Below are positions 23,718 to 33,112 of a stretch of DNA of 64,000 nt, in pieces. The stretch covers positions 27,541 through 91,540 of the forward strand of contig CBDVBZ010000002.1 of assembly GCA_965372355.1 (NCBI GenBank). Direction: 5' to 3'. The notes below the pieces were generated by a model. The model searched no databases. It was not told the origin of the DNA and worked only from the letters and a program-made list of their open reading frames with translations. The position numbers were made by a program, and so were the translations under genes. Each line of letters starts with the position of its first letter. Position 1 is the stretch's first letter. This DNA is from an uncultured bacterium. Its GTDB lineage: Bacteria > Krumholzibacteriota > Krumholzibacteriia > WVZY01.

Positions 23718-25082
23718 TTGAGACGCGCGCGAGTATTGATTACCGAAGATCTTTTTGAGGAAAGAGCTTCTCTGATGGACGCACTCGAGAAGCGGTACGA
23801 TGTGTGTGTGACGGCCACGATGACCGACGCACTTAGGCAGATCGGAGACGCCGAATGCGGCGCGATGATAGTAGGGCGAGCGTGTTGGCTCGAGGGGGAG
23901 CAGGCCGCGATGGCGGACGTTCAGGTGCCGACCATCGTACTGGTTGAAGATGGTTGGGGCGTTGAGGACACCCGCGGGTTGCTGGCCACGGGCGCCGATG
24001 ACTACCTCGAAATATCCGCATCTGCCGAACGCATCGTTCACAGCGTTGAAAGGGCTCTCCGTCACAACGAGCTGAGGGACGAGAACCGGAAACTCCGAAA
24101 ACGGGTTAGAGAGAGTGAACAAGCACGGTCACTTGTGGGGAGTTCGTCGGCAATTCAGTACGTCAGAGAGCAGGTGCGGCGGATTGCCGAGACCAATGTA
24201 CCCGTGATCATCGTCGGTGAGAGCGGTACGGGCAAGGAAGTTGTTGCAAGAGAGATTCACCGATTGAGCGGTCGCAGCGAGGAACCGTTCGCTCTGGTCA
24301 ATTGCGCGGCGCTACCCGGTTCGTTGCTCGACAGGGAACTGTTCGGCGTGGAGGAGGTTGTGGGACAGGCGGCCAAACGAACGATACGCGGCAGGTTTGA
24401 GATGGCCGACAGGGGAACGATTGTGCTCGACGACATCGGCGAGATGTCACAGGAAGCGCAGGCAAAGCTGGTTCGGTTGATGCAGGACGGGCACATAACG
24501 CGCGAAGGCGGCAGTGAGCCGGTCGCCGTCGATGTGCGTTTGATCGCGATGACGAGCAGACCATTGACTGCGGAAGTTCAGGAGGGGAGATTTCGCAAGG
24601 ATCTCTATTATCGTTTGAACGTCGTGCCGATCGTGGTACCAACACTTGGCGACCGGCGCGAGGATATCCCGCTGCTCGTTGACCATTTCATCGACGTGTA
24701 TAGTCAACGCGACAACAAGGCGCCCGTTCGGCTGACCGACGGGGCGATGAGTGCGCTCCGCGAGGCAGACTGGCCCGGGAATGTTCGCGAGCTCGAGAAC
24801 ATCGTCGAGCGCATGGTGATCCTGTCGCCAGGGGCCACGTTGGATGAAGATCGTCTGCAGTTTGATGGAGGGCGTGACCGCGGACTCTTGAGCGTGGAGA
24901 AGACATTCCGTTCCGGTTCCATCCGGGAGATGGAAGAGCTGATGATCAAGCATCGCCTGGGCGATCACGAACAGAACCGCACGCACACGGCGATGACGCT
25001 GCGGATCAGCGTACGGACACTCAGAAACAAACTGCGTGAATACCGCGAACGCGAGGAAGAGCCTGCCGAGGTCCACGCGTAA
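23718..25082 (+). CDS. degenerate NtrC-family AAA+ regulator: atypical receiver-like N-terminus without an obvious phospho-acceptor Asp, AAA+ domain lacking GAFTGA and with Walker B DD, C-terminal HTH
   Basis: GESGTGKE Walker A; ELFGVEEVVGQAAKRTIRGRFEMADRGTIVLDDIGEM where GAFTGA is expected; TTG start 23718 with AAGGAGG RBS 5 nt upstream (ORF-track start 23670 would place the start codon only ~12 nt downstream of the -12 element). Confidence 0.75.
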   Translation: MRRARVLITEDLFEERASLMDALEKRYDVCVTATMTDALRQIGDAECGAMIVGRACWLEGEQAAMADVQVPTIVLVEDGWGVEDTRGLLATGADDYLEISASAERIVHSVERALRHNELRDENRKLRKRVRESEQARSLVGSSSAIQYVREQVRRIAETNVPVIIVGESGTGKEVVAREIHRLSGRSEEPFALVNCAALPGSLLDRELFGVEEVVGQAAKRTIRGRFEMADRGTIVLDDIGEMSQEAQAKLVRLMQDGHITREGGSEPVAVDVRLIAMTSRPLTAEVQEGRFRKDLYYRLNVVPIVVPTLGDRREDIPLLVDHFIDVYSQRDNKAPVRLTDGAMSALREADWPGNVRELENIVERMVILSPGATLDEDRLQFDGGRDRGLLSVEKTFRSGSIREMEELMIKHRLGDHEQNRTHTAMTLRISVRTLRNKLREYREREEEPAEVHA

Positions 25083-25167
25083 GTGAGCTTCTTGGGGAGC
25101 AAGCGAATACGCATTGCGCCCGAGTCCCACCCCTTGACATTTTGTCAGTCGGGTATTATCGTGACTT

Positions 25168-26661
25168 TTGGTGAAGTCATTGAATAAGAATGCCCTACAA
25201 GCTATTGCAGTTACTGCCGATCAGGCATTAAGTGAGGCGTTGCAAGGACGCGAGGCCCGCGAGGGTTGGAGCATCGTGGTGTTCGAGGAGGCGGCGCACG
25301 TGTTTTCCGCCAATCTGGATGCCGTGGATTTCTTGCTGCTCGACGAGGCGACGGTGGGTTCGAACTATGTCCAGATGGCGCGAAAGGTGAGGAAACGGTT
25401 TGCGTCGGTCGTGGTGATGGTCGTCGGGGGTCCCAAGGCGGACGATGTTCGGATCACAGAGCGGCGCGAGGGCGTCGATTACTACTACGAGCGACCTCTG
25501 GAGAAAAAGACGCTGGAGCGCAGTATTGGCCATCGTCTGGACATCGCCCGTGTGAAAACAGAAGCGGGCATTGTCGGGCGCTCCGATGCGATCGAGGAGA
25601 TCATCGAGGCGATCCTCCAATTGGCGCCCACTGAAGTCCCCATACTCATCGAGGGCGAAAGCGGGACAGGCAAGGATGTCGTGGCCCAGGCGATCCACTA
25701 CGCCAGTCTGCGGTGGGAGGGTCCCTATGTCGCTATCAACTGCGCGTCCCTCGCTGAGGGCGTGCTCGAAAGCGAGTTGTTCGGACACGAGAAAGGGGCG
25801 TTCACCGGTGCCGTCGGTCAGAGGGCCGGTGTCTTCGAACGGGCGGATGGAGGAACAATGTTTCTCGACGAGGTCGGCGAGATGAGCCCCAGCATGCAGG
25901 TACGCCTGCTGCGCGTGCTCGAATCTGGGGAAGTCCTTCGCGTCGGTGGGGTCAAGCCGTTCAATGTCGATGTGCGGGTCGTGGCCGCCACCAACCGCCG
26001 ATTGGGCGAGGATGTGGCCTCAGGGATCTTCCGGCAGGACCTCTACTACCGGCTGAGGGGGATCAGTCTCTACCTGCCGCCGCTTCGCGAGCGCAAGGAT
26101 GACATACCGCTCCTTATCGATCACTTTATCACGCAGGCCAATGTCAGACACAAAAAGAATGTCAAGGGCATCGATGCGGATGCCCTGCGGAAGGCTGTCG
26201 AGAGCCCCTGGGCTGGCAATGTCCGTGAGCTCCGCAATATGGTCGACACGACGGTTGTTTTGTCGACAACGGGTAGAATCTCACTGGCGCTCGTCGAGTC
26301 GCAGCTGGCCAGCGGTGTGGGCCCGGGTCCGTCGCTCCTCCCCGTGCCGCTCAACCGGACCAAGGACGAGGCCGAGAGGGAAATGATCTATGCGTCGATT
26401 CTCGCGCTACACCACGATGTTCGCGAGATACTCTCGCTGCTGAGGGAGGGCGCGGTCGGGAAACCGCTCGAGAGCATGAGGGAGGTTTTCACCGATACCC
26501 CGGATGAGGCACAGCCGTTTCGAAATCTGGCCGCCCTGGAACGGGCGGCGATCGCGGAAGCGCTCAGAATGAGCCGTGGCAACCGCCGAAAGGCGGCCGA
26601 GGAGTTGGGGATCTCGGAGAGGACCCTGTATCGCAAGATCAAGGAGTACGGACTCCTCTAA
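25168..26661 (+). CDS. sigma-54-dependent transcriptional activator (receiver-like N-terminus, canonical GAFTGA AAA+ domain, Fis HTH)
   Basis: GESGTGKD; ELFGHEKGAFTGAVGQRAGVFERADGGTMFLDEVGEM; C-terminal RRKAAEELGISERTLYRKIKEYG. Confidence 0.85.
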   Translation: MVKSLNKNALQAIAVTADQALSEALQGREAREGWSIVVFEEAAHVFSANLDAVDFLLLDEATVGSNYVQMARKVRKRFASVVVMVVGGPKADDVRITERREGVDYYYERPLEKKTLERSIGHRLDIARVKTEAGIVGRSDAIEEIIEAILQLAPTEVPILIEGESGTGKDVVAQAIHYASLRWEGPYVAINCASLAEGVLESELFGHEKGAFTGAVGQRAGVFERADGGTMFLDEVGEMSPSMQVRLLRVLESGEVLRVGGVKPFNVDVRVVAATNRRLGEDVASGIFRQDLYYRLRGISLYLPPLRERKDDIPLLIDHFITQANVRHKKNVKGIDADALRKAVESPWAGNVRELRNMVDTTVVLSTTGRISLALVESQLASGVGPGPSLLPVPLNRTKDEAEREMIYASILALHHDVREILSLLREGAVGKPLESMREVFTDTPDEAQPFRNLAALERAAIAEALRMSRGNRRKAAEELGISERTLYRKIKEYGLL

Positions 26662-26669
26662 ATAACTTT

Positions 26670-26698
26670 TTGACAGGGGAAAACGGCGATATTATACT
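26670..26698 (+). promoter_or_regulatory. strong sigma-70-like promoter TTGACA-17-TATACT upstream of the PorV-like OMP gene (~100-nt leader)
   Basis: Consensus -35, 17-nt spacer, 5/6 -10. Confidence 0.5.
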
Positions 26699-26799
26699 CT
26701 TATCGTACGGGCCTGCTCTGTATTGACCCCCCTGGTTTCTGCGGTGATCCTTTTGCCCCCATGACACGGAGAACTCGAGTAGAGGAACTTTAGCGCCAA

Positions 26800-27828
26800 A
26801 TGACCACCAGAACCACACTTCCGGCCGCCATTGGGGCGGTTTTGATACTCATTAGCTGCGTGGCCCCGGCTTCAGCGGACAAATTCGCCGGCGACTATAT
26901 GGCCCTTGGGGCAGGTGCGAGGGCGCTCGGAATGGGTGGTGCGTTCAGCGCCGTGGCCAGTGATGCGTCGACGATCTACTGGAACCCCGCGGGGATCTCA
27001 GGCTTCGAGAAGCGTCAGCTGATGCTCATGCACTCGGAGCAGTTCGGCGATCTGATCAACTACAATTTTGGCTCCTACGTCAATCCTACTGGCCTCGTGT
27101 CGAAAGAAAGAGAGGGCACCTGGGGGATCGCGCTGGCACACATGGGTGCCGACGAGAATGCCGTTACCAACCATCTACAGTTTATTGACGTCGATGGTGA
27201 CGGGGTGTTCGAGCCTGAAGAAGGAGACCGCATCCCGGACGAGGAACTCCGGAAGATCAGGTGGGAGTCTCACAATGATTACGCGCTGTACGGCAGTTTT
27301 GCCGTGAAGACAGGGTGGGGGCGAATCGGGAGCAACCTCAAGCTTCTCTTCACGAGTACGATCGACGGCAGATCCGCGACCGGTATCGGGCTGGATCTGG
27401 GGTATCTCTATCGGGGTGTCTTGCCGAATCTCGATGTGGCAGTGAAGCTGCAGGACATCACGGGTACGTACATCAGCTGGAGTACCGGACACAACGAATA
27501 CATTGCGCCTTCGGTTAAACTTGGCGCCGCATACACGATCGAATCCTCGAGGCTCAACGGCAAGATGATTCTGGCTGCGGATGGAGACGTTTATTTCGAA
27601 GACCGCAAGCAGGCGTCACAGTTTTGGGTGGAGACCTACAGCGCCGATTTTCATCTGGGTGTAGAGCTGGTCTTTCAGGAGAAAGTAATGGTCCGCGGCG
27701 GGTTCGATGCGGAGAACCCGACAGCCGGTGCAGGATTCAAGATCGGTTTCTTCGGGTTCGACTACGCCTATCTTCACCACGACTCTTTCGAGGCCACGAA
27801 TCGGATCTCAGCCTTCGTAGAATTCTAG
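26800..27828 (+). CDS. outer-membrane beta-barrel protein, PorV/FadL-like superfamily (family not resolved)
   Basis: Signal peptide; N-terminal GAGARALGMGGAFSAVASDASTIYWNPAGI motif typical of PorV/PorQ-type and FadL-like barrels; alternating amphipathic strands; C-terminal Phe. Confidence 0.5.
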   Translation: MTTRTTLPAAIGAVLILISCVAPASADKFAGDYMALGAGARALGMGGAFSAVASDASTIYWNPAGISGFEKRQLMLMHSEQFGDLINYNFGSYVNPTGLVSKEREGTWGIALAHMGADENAVTNHLQFIDVDGDGVFEPEEGDRIPDEELRKIRWESHNDYALYGSFAVKTGWGRIGSNLKLLFTSTIDGRSATGIGLDLGYLYRGVLPNLDVAVKLQDITGTYISWSTGHNEYIAPSVKLGAAYTIESSRLNGKMILAADGDVYFEDRKQASQFWVETYSADFHLGVELVFQEKVMVRGGFDAENPTAGAGFKIGFFGFDYAYLHHDSFEATNRISAFVEF

Positions 27829-27849
27829 TCCAAGAAAGCCGCGCCGCTT

Positions 27850-27947
27850 GCGGGTCCTGCCTGTCCCCGGAGGGGGTCACCAAACAGCCCACAAGTGCTC
27901 GATAGCGCTGCGCTCTCGCGGGCGCCCGTTCGGCGCCACCCGCTGCG
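27850..27947. repeat. copy B of the ~100-nt conserved intergenic structured element (see 10581-10690)
   Basis: Same conserved blocks and GCGGG-CGCC-cgttc-GGCG-cca-CCCGC hairpin. Confidence 0.6.
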
Positions 27948-27976
27948 CGACGCTGCGGAACTCACCGCGCCCTCAT

Positions 27977-29854
27977 CTACTTCTTCTGCCAGACGTCGAT
28001 TCTCTGTCCCGGGTAGATCGTGGATCTCGATGATTTGTCGTTCCAGGCCAGCAAGTCGGACATCCTCACGTTGAACTTGCGGCTGATCGAGTACATCGTG
28101 TCACCCTTCTTGACCGTGTACGTGCGGACGGCGTAGTCATTGGTGTTGGGTTTGGCACCCGCCGAGGACACGTTAGCCTGATCGAACGAGTCGGGGACAT
28201 AGATGACGAGGTTCTGACCGGGGTAGATGTACGAGCGGTAACTCAGGTTGTTCCACGCGCGAAGCCTGCTCGCCCGCGTGTGATAGAGCTCCGCGATCTC
28301 TCCGAGCGTGTCACCGCTCTTTACCCGATGGACCACTCGTTTGTGGTTTGCCGGTGCGGCGTAGCGGGCCGCGTACTTCTCGAGGGCTTCGCGGGTTAGA
28401 TTGCGTCTCGTGTTCTCGTAGTTGGGTTCCCTCGATGCAACCTCCGTTTGGCTGGCCGGAACCGGGACGATGAGATATTTGCCCGCGCGGATGCGGTGCG
28501 CGTTCTTGATGCCGTTGAGGCGCTTGAGCGCTGAAACGCTGGTGTCATACTTGCGCGCGATGGTAGACAACGTTTCTCCCTGGCGGATGCGGTGCTTGCG
28601 CCACGTCACACGTTGCTCGGGCGGGACGGCCGCAATCGCCTCTGTGGTCGTCTCTCCCATGCCCTCGGGAACCTTTACCAGAACGGTCATCTTGGGCGGT
28701 GTTGCCCACTGTATGAATGCCGGATTGAGGTCGCGCAGAACCTCGAGCGTTGTGTCAGCCGACTTGGCGATCAGCTTGAGATCCGTGGCGTCTTTGATGC
28801 GCACTTCATCGAACTTGATAGGTTCCACATCGGGGAGCGTAAAACCGTAGCGCTCGGGATCCCTGAGGATGTAGACGGCGGCGAGGAACTTCGGTACGTA
28901 GCGTTCGGTTTGTTTGGGCAATCTGAGTTTCCAAAAATCCGTCGTCTTTTGCATCGCCACGGCGCGGGCGACGCGGTACTCGCCACAGTTGTAACTGGCC
29001 AGCGCGAGGGGCCACGAGCCCCAGATCCCGTAAAGGTCCTTGAGGTAGTTGCCGGCAGCATAGGTCGATGCGACGATGTCACGCCGTTCGTCGTACCACC
29101 AGTTGACGCGGAGACCGTAGATGCGAGCCGTTCCGGCAATGAACTGCCACGGTCCAACAGCCCGTGCTCGTGATCGCGCCTTGAGGTAGAACCCGCTCTC
29201 GATGATCGCCACGCAAATCAGCTCGGGGGGCAGCTCGAGCTCTTCGAGGATGCGCTCGACCGTGGGGCGATGGAGCTGCATCCGATAGAGCGTTCTGCCA
29301 AAACGCTCCTTGCCCGGCCCGGTGAAATACCTCATCCAGAAGTCGATGCGATCGTTGCGGAGCGCGGGAAAAAGGGTGTCGCCGTCTTCGGACACACTGA
29401 TCTCGGTCCGAAGCGTATCGTCGTCCGGCCAGCTCAGAACGGCCAGAGCGAGGCTGTCCGTCTCGCTGAGGTGCTTATGCGACTCGAACCGGCTCTGGAA
29501 CATCGCGTCAAGGTTATCGAGGTTCCTGACAAGTTGCTTGAAGTCCGGGTTGGAACGTATTGCAGGATATGATATTGCCAGTGCATCGACGCTCCGCCTC
29601 AGCGAATCCCTCGCACTCACGAAATCCGCAATGTCGCCGAATCCATAGAGCGCCTCGGTGGAGTCAACGGCCGCGTCCAGCCGGTCGACCATCCCTTCGT
29701 CCACATCGAGGGTGCCGTGACCTTGTTCAGCAGCGATTTCCTGAGCCGGATCCGGTGTCGGATCGGGCCCGGCTGGGGATTGTTTCCGACCAGTGGTCGA
29801 ACAACCCAGGGCCAGCAGCGATAACACGAGCAACCAGGCGGATAGTCGTTTCAT
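27977..29854 (-). CDS. membrane-bound lytic murein transglycosylase D-like lipoprotein (SLT domain + 3 C-terminal LysM repeats)
   Basis: ESGFYLKARSRARAVGPWQF...ASYNCGEY SLT catalytic region; three LysM motifs (HRIRQGETLSTIARKY..., HRVKSGDTLGEIAELY..., YTVKKGDTMYSISRKF...); lipoprotein signal MKRLSAWLLVLSLLALGCS; start trimmed to 29854. Confidence 0.85.
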   Translation of the reverse strand: MKRLSAWLLVLSLLALGCSTTGRKQSPAGPDPTPDPAQEIAAEQGHGTLDVDEGMVDRLDAAVDSTEALYGFGDIADFVSARDSLRRSVDALAISYPAIRSNPDFKQLVRNLDNLDAMFQSRFESHKHLSETDSLALAVLSWPDDDTLRTEISVSEDGDTLFPALRNDRIDFWMRYFTGPGKERFGRTLYRMQLHRPTVERILEELELPPELICVAIIESGFYLKARSRARAVGPWQFIAGTARIYGLRVNWWYDERRDIVASTYAAGNYLKDLYGIWGSWPLALASYNCGEYRVARAVAMQKTTDFWKLRLPKQTERYVPKFLAAVYILRDPERYGFTLPDVEPIKFDEVRIKDATDLKLIAKSADTTLEVLRDLNPAFIQWATPPKMTVLVKVPEGMGETTTEAIAAVPPEQRVTWRKHRIRQGETLSTIARKYDTSVSALKRLNGIKNAHRIRAGKYLIVPVPASQTEVASREPNYENTRRNLTREALEKYAARYAAPANHKRVVHRVKSGDTLGEIAELYHTRASRLRAWNNLSYRSYIYPGQNLVIYVPDSFDQANVSSAGAKPNTNDYAVRTYTVKKGDTMYSISRKFNVRMSDLLAWNDKSSRSTIYPGQRIDVWQKK

Positions 29855-29999
29855 ACGGGGCTCTTTCGATACGGTTGTGGCGCGCGGCACCCGTGACCGG
29901 GCAGGCGCAGGTCGAATACTCTGTGTAGGCGGCTTTTGAGCAAAATGCAAGCCAAATCCGCCGGCGCCCTAACTGACCGAACAGTAGGTTGTTATTAAG

Positions 30000-30053
30000 C
30001 ATCAATAGTAATTGCGGTAGATGGGATCAATAGAAATGTCGTATAATCAATAG
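30000..30053 (+). promoter_or_regulatory. GGDEF-gene promoter region: three direct repeats of ATCAATAG (30001, 30026, 30046), the last overlapping a perfect TATAAT (30042-30047)
   Basis: Seen directly; repeat spacing 25 and 20 nt; ~35 nt upstream of the ATG at 30087. Confidence 0.45.
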
Positions 30054-30086
30054 ATAGGCATAAGTAGCCAAAGAAGGTATTGGATT

Positions 30087-31436
30087 ATGCGCACCTTTGA
30101 GAGAGACTACGAATACCTTCTCCTCAATCTGATTCCTCAGCACCGTCTCGGAATCGAGCGGCGCAAGCGTGTCGAGAGGGCAATTCGTAGTGGCGCGCCC
30201 GCCGAGATGAGACGGGCGGCTGTTCTAGCCCTGGAAGAGCTCTGCGAGAGCGGCTCTTTTAGCCGCGTCGGCACCGAGGTCCTCGGCAAGACCGTGGTGG
30301 CCACGTACGTCCGCAACAACGGTCGTTATCAGGTAAGGGTCCGAGTGCCGCACGAGCAGTGGCGGACGTTCGGCATCCCGCCAAAGGCGACGGTGGACAC
30401 ACCGACAGTGGCGCCGCCGACGGCCGAGCCGATCGATGCGACGTTTGCCATCCTCCCCGACATCATCCGGTCGCTTTACATCGATAGCCGACCCGAATCG
30501 ACGTTTGAACGGCTCGAATCGGTGATGCGGCTGTTGCCCCAGTGGTTGAATGTCACGGGGGGGAAGCTGCTGCTCAACGAGGAACGGCTGGGACAGCACG
30601 AAGACCAGGATGCGCTCGTGACGACGCTTCCCGAGCGTGTGGTGTTGACACGCGCGGTATACGAGCGGTGCCGCCGATCGGGCGGTGTCGAGCTTCTCGA
30701 GGCGGACGCTGCCGACGCGCTCGGAATCTCAAAACCGACACGGGGACATCCGGGCAACGGTGCGGAGACCTCCGTGGCCGTGGCCCCGATATTCTCGGCG
30801 GGGGAGTTTTGGGGAATTCTCGAGTTGTGGTTTCCGCAGCTGCCCGACGGGCGGCGCATGCGGGAAAGGGTCGAGGTCGCTACCGGTATGATCGAGCAGA
30901 TCATCGAGAACACCGTGCGGCTCGAGAACCTGACATCCATAGACAAGCTGACCGGCGTATACAATCGTAATCACTACGAAGCACAGGTACCGATCGAAAT
31001 CGAGCGAGCGACGCGCTCGGAGAGCAAGTTGTCCATGTTGATCCTGGACATCGATGATTTTAAAAGGATCAACGACACATTCGGGCACCGCAAGGGCGAC
31101 GAAGCCCTCTCGCTCGTCGCCGAGTTGATCAAGAGGAATTTGCGAAAGATCGACCAGCCCTTTCGCTATGGGGGCGAGGAATTCGTCATACTGTTGCCCG
31201 GAACGACCGCTGCGGAGGCGGTTCATACGGCGGAGAGGCTCCGCGCGGTTATTTCCGAGGTCGATCGTCTGACCGATGACATGGGGGAGACCATCCCGGT
31301 CCGCGTCAGCATCGGCGCGGCGGTTTTTCCCGACCATGCCCGCACAGAGGAGGAGCTTTTCTCGAAGGCGGATTCGGCCCTGTACCGAGCCAAGCGAAGG
31401 GGCAAGGACCGAGTCGAGCTCTATCAAGAGGGTTAA
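30087..31436 (+). CDS. diguanylate cyclase (GAF-like sensory N-terminus + GGDEF domain)
   Basis: RYGGEEF active-site motif; upstream DIDDFKRINDTFGH; inhibitory-site-like RKGD. Confidence 0.85.
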   Translation: MRTFERDYEYLLLNLIPQHRLGIERRKRVERAIRSGAPAEMRRAAVLALEELCESGSFSRVGTEVLGKTVVATYVRNNGRYQVRVRVPHEQWRTFGIPPKATVDTPTVAPPTAEPIDATFAILPDIIRSLYIDSRPESTFERLESVMRLLPQWLNVTGGKLLLNEERLGQHEDQDALVTTLPERVVLTRAVYERCRRSGGVELLEADAADALGISKPTRGHPGNGAETSVAVAPIFSAGEFWGILELWFPQLPDGRRMRERVEVATGMIEQIIENTVRLENLTSIDKLTGVYNRNHYEAQVPIEIERATRSESKLSMLILDIDDFKRINDTFGHRKGDEALSLVAELIKRNLRKIDQPFRYGGEEFVILLPGTTAAEAVHTAERLRAVISEVDRLTDDMGETIPVRVSIGAAVFPDHARTEEELFSKADSALYRAKRRGKDRVELYQEG

Positions 31437-31470
31437 GGTTTGGTAGCGCGGCCCTGCGGCCGCGTTACGG

Positions 31471-33045
31471 ATGCCGATTGTGGCCCTTCCAGGACAGGCT
31501 GACGCCCGTGCGGGAAGGACGACCCACGATGGACGCCGCTCAATCGGCATGGGGAGTATCACCGGTGGGGGGGGATGTGTTGTGGTGTGGGGACCGGCCG
31601 CGGCGCTTGTCGCGGGTATACTTCAAAACGCTCTGCTTCTGGCTGCTGCGCTTTTCTGGCTGCTTTGCTTTGTCCACGCTCGCAAGATGCCGCGTCTCCA
31701 CGCGGCGTTTCTAGTTCTGCTCGTTCTGTTCCTCTATGCGCAGGGCCATCGCGCGATCGATTCCGTCCATCGACACATTATGCACTTCGAGGCTTTCGCA
31801 AGTGTGCGCGAGGACCCGTTGTGGAGTGAGGGTTGGGTTGCGAGTTATCCGCAGCCCAGCTACGGTGGCACGCGGTTCGAGTTCGTCACCACGATGGGGT
31901 CAGCGGAGCACCGGTTGTGGGTTCGGACGAAGAAATTCACGATCGACTACGGGGACAGCCTGAGGATGCTGCTCGAACTCGACTCCACGAACCGGTCGAA
32001 GCGCCCCAGGTACGGGTATCTGCTCGGCCGCGGCTGGTGCGGCACGGCGCGCGCGATACCCGGAACGGTCGAGAAGCTCGGCGGTAAGGGTGGGACCCGT
32101 TTCAAACGGGCAGTGCTCTGGCCCCTTCACCACCGCCTGCGTTGTGATATTCACAAAGGTGTCGGTTCGCGGGCCGGTGTTGCGATGGCGTTATTGCTCG
32201 GAGAGCGCGGCGCGCTGGACAGGCGGGTTCGCAAATCCTTCGTCACGCTGGGAATATCTCATCTCCTGGCCCTGAGCGGGTTTCACCTTGGCTTTGTCGC
32301 GGGCGTGCTGGTTCTGTTGCTGCGGTTGACAAGGGTGAAGAGACGCTGGCCCGTCCTCGTGGCTTTATGGGGCTATGTTGCACTCGTCGGTTTCATACTG
32401 TCGCTGTATCGGGCGTTGATCATGGTGGCGATACTCATTTGGGCCAGGGCGATGCATCGGCGCCTGCGTCCGGTGACCGCGCTGGGAAGCGCCTTCCTCT
32501 TGATGCTTCTCCTGTATCCGTACGCGCTCTTCTCGGTCGGATTCGAGTTGTCATTTGTCGCCACACTGGCCGTGTTGATCGCTGTCAGGCGGCTGCCGGC
32601 CGCGCCGGTACAAGGGCGGCTGCGCAAGGCCTGGTACTGGGTTCGCTCGACGGTCGAGATAAGCGCCGTTGTCCAGGTGGTCCTTGCACCGGTACTGCTC
32701 GTTTATTTCGGGCAGATCAGTCTGGCCGCGCCGCTCACTACCGCCGTGTTTGTCGGACCCGTCATGGTCCTTCTTGCTCTTTCGGCGCTTGCCGTCCTGT
32801 TTGGAACGGTGTCACCGGTTGTCGGCTTCTGGCTATTCGAGACGGTGCAACGAGCGACGGTGATCTTCGAGGCGCTCCTCGCGTTGGTGGTGAAGGTCAC
32901 TCCCGCCCCAACCGAGGTCGTTGCGCCAAACATGTACCTCTACTATTGCGGTTTTGCCATGGTGTGGATGTCGCAAAAGCGCCCGTGGCTCGGGGTCGCG
33001 GGTCTGTTCGTGTTGATCGTGTCATGGCTGCCGGTTCTCCGGTAA
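31471..33045 (+). CDS. comEC: ComEC/Rec2-family DNA internalisation channel protein (start uncertain)
   Basis: Polytopic membrane protein with the competence-domain motif TLGISHLLALSGFHLGFVAGVL. Confidence 0.7.
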   Translation: MPIVALPGQADARAGRTTHDGRRSIGMGSITGGGGCVVVWGPAAALVAGILQNALLLAAALFWLLCFVHARKMPRLHAAFLVLLVLFLYAQGHRAIDSVHRHIMHFEAFASVREDPLWSEGWVASYPQPSYGGTRFEFVTTMGSAEHRLWVRTKKFTIDYGDSLRMLLELDSTNRSKRPRYGYLLGRGWCGTARAIPGTVEKLGGKGGTRFKRAVLWPLHHRLRCDIHKGVGSRAGVAMALLLGERGALDRRVRKSFVTLGISHLLALSGFHLGFVAGVLVLLLRLTRVKRRWPVLVALWGYVALVGFILSLYRALIMVAILIWARAMHRRLRPVTALGSAFLLMLLLYPYALFSVGFELSFVATLAVLIAVRRLPAAPVQGRLRKAWYWVRSTVEISAVVQVVLAPVLLVYFGQISLAAPLTTAVFVGPVMVLLALSALAVLFGTVSPVVGFWLFETVQRATVIFEALLALVVKVTPAPTEVVAPNMYLYYCGFAMVWMSQKRPWLGVAGLFVLIVSWLPVLR

Positions 33046-33112
33046 ATTCTTGGTGCAGGCGCGTAAAGGAGGTGCTATATTAGCGCTTCCACTCGCACAT
33101 AGGAGGGATGCA

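Noticed and set aside
24447-25130. 227-aa - strand ORF
   Set aside because: Antisense shadow ORF inside the degenerate activator gene.
30729-31562. 277-aa - strand ORF
   Set aside because: Antisense shadow ORF inside the GGDEF gene.
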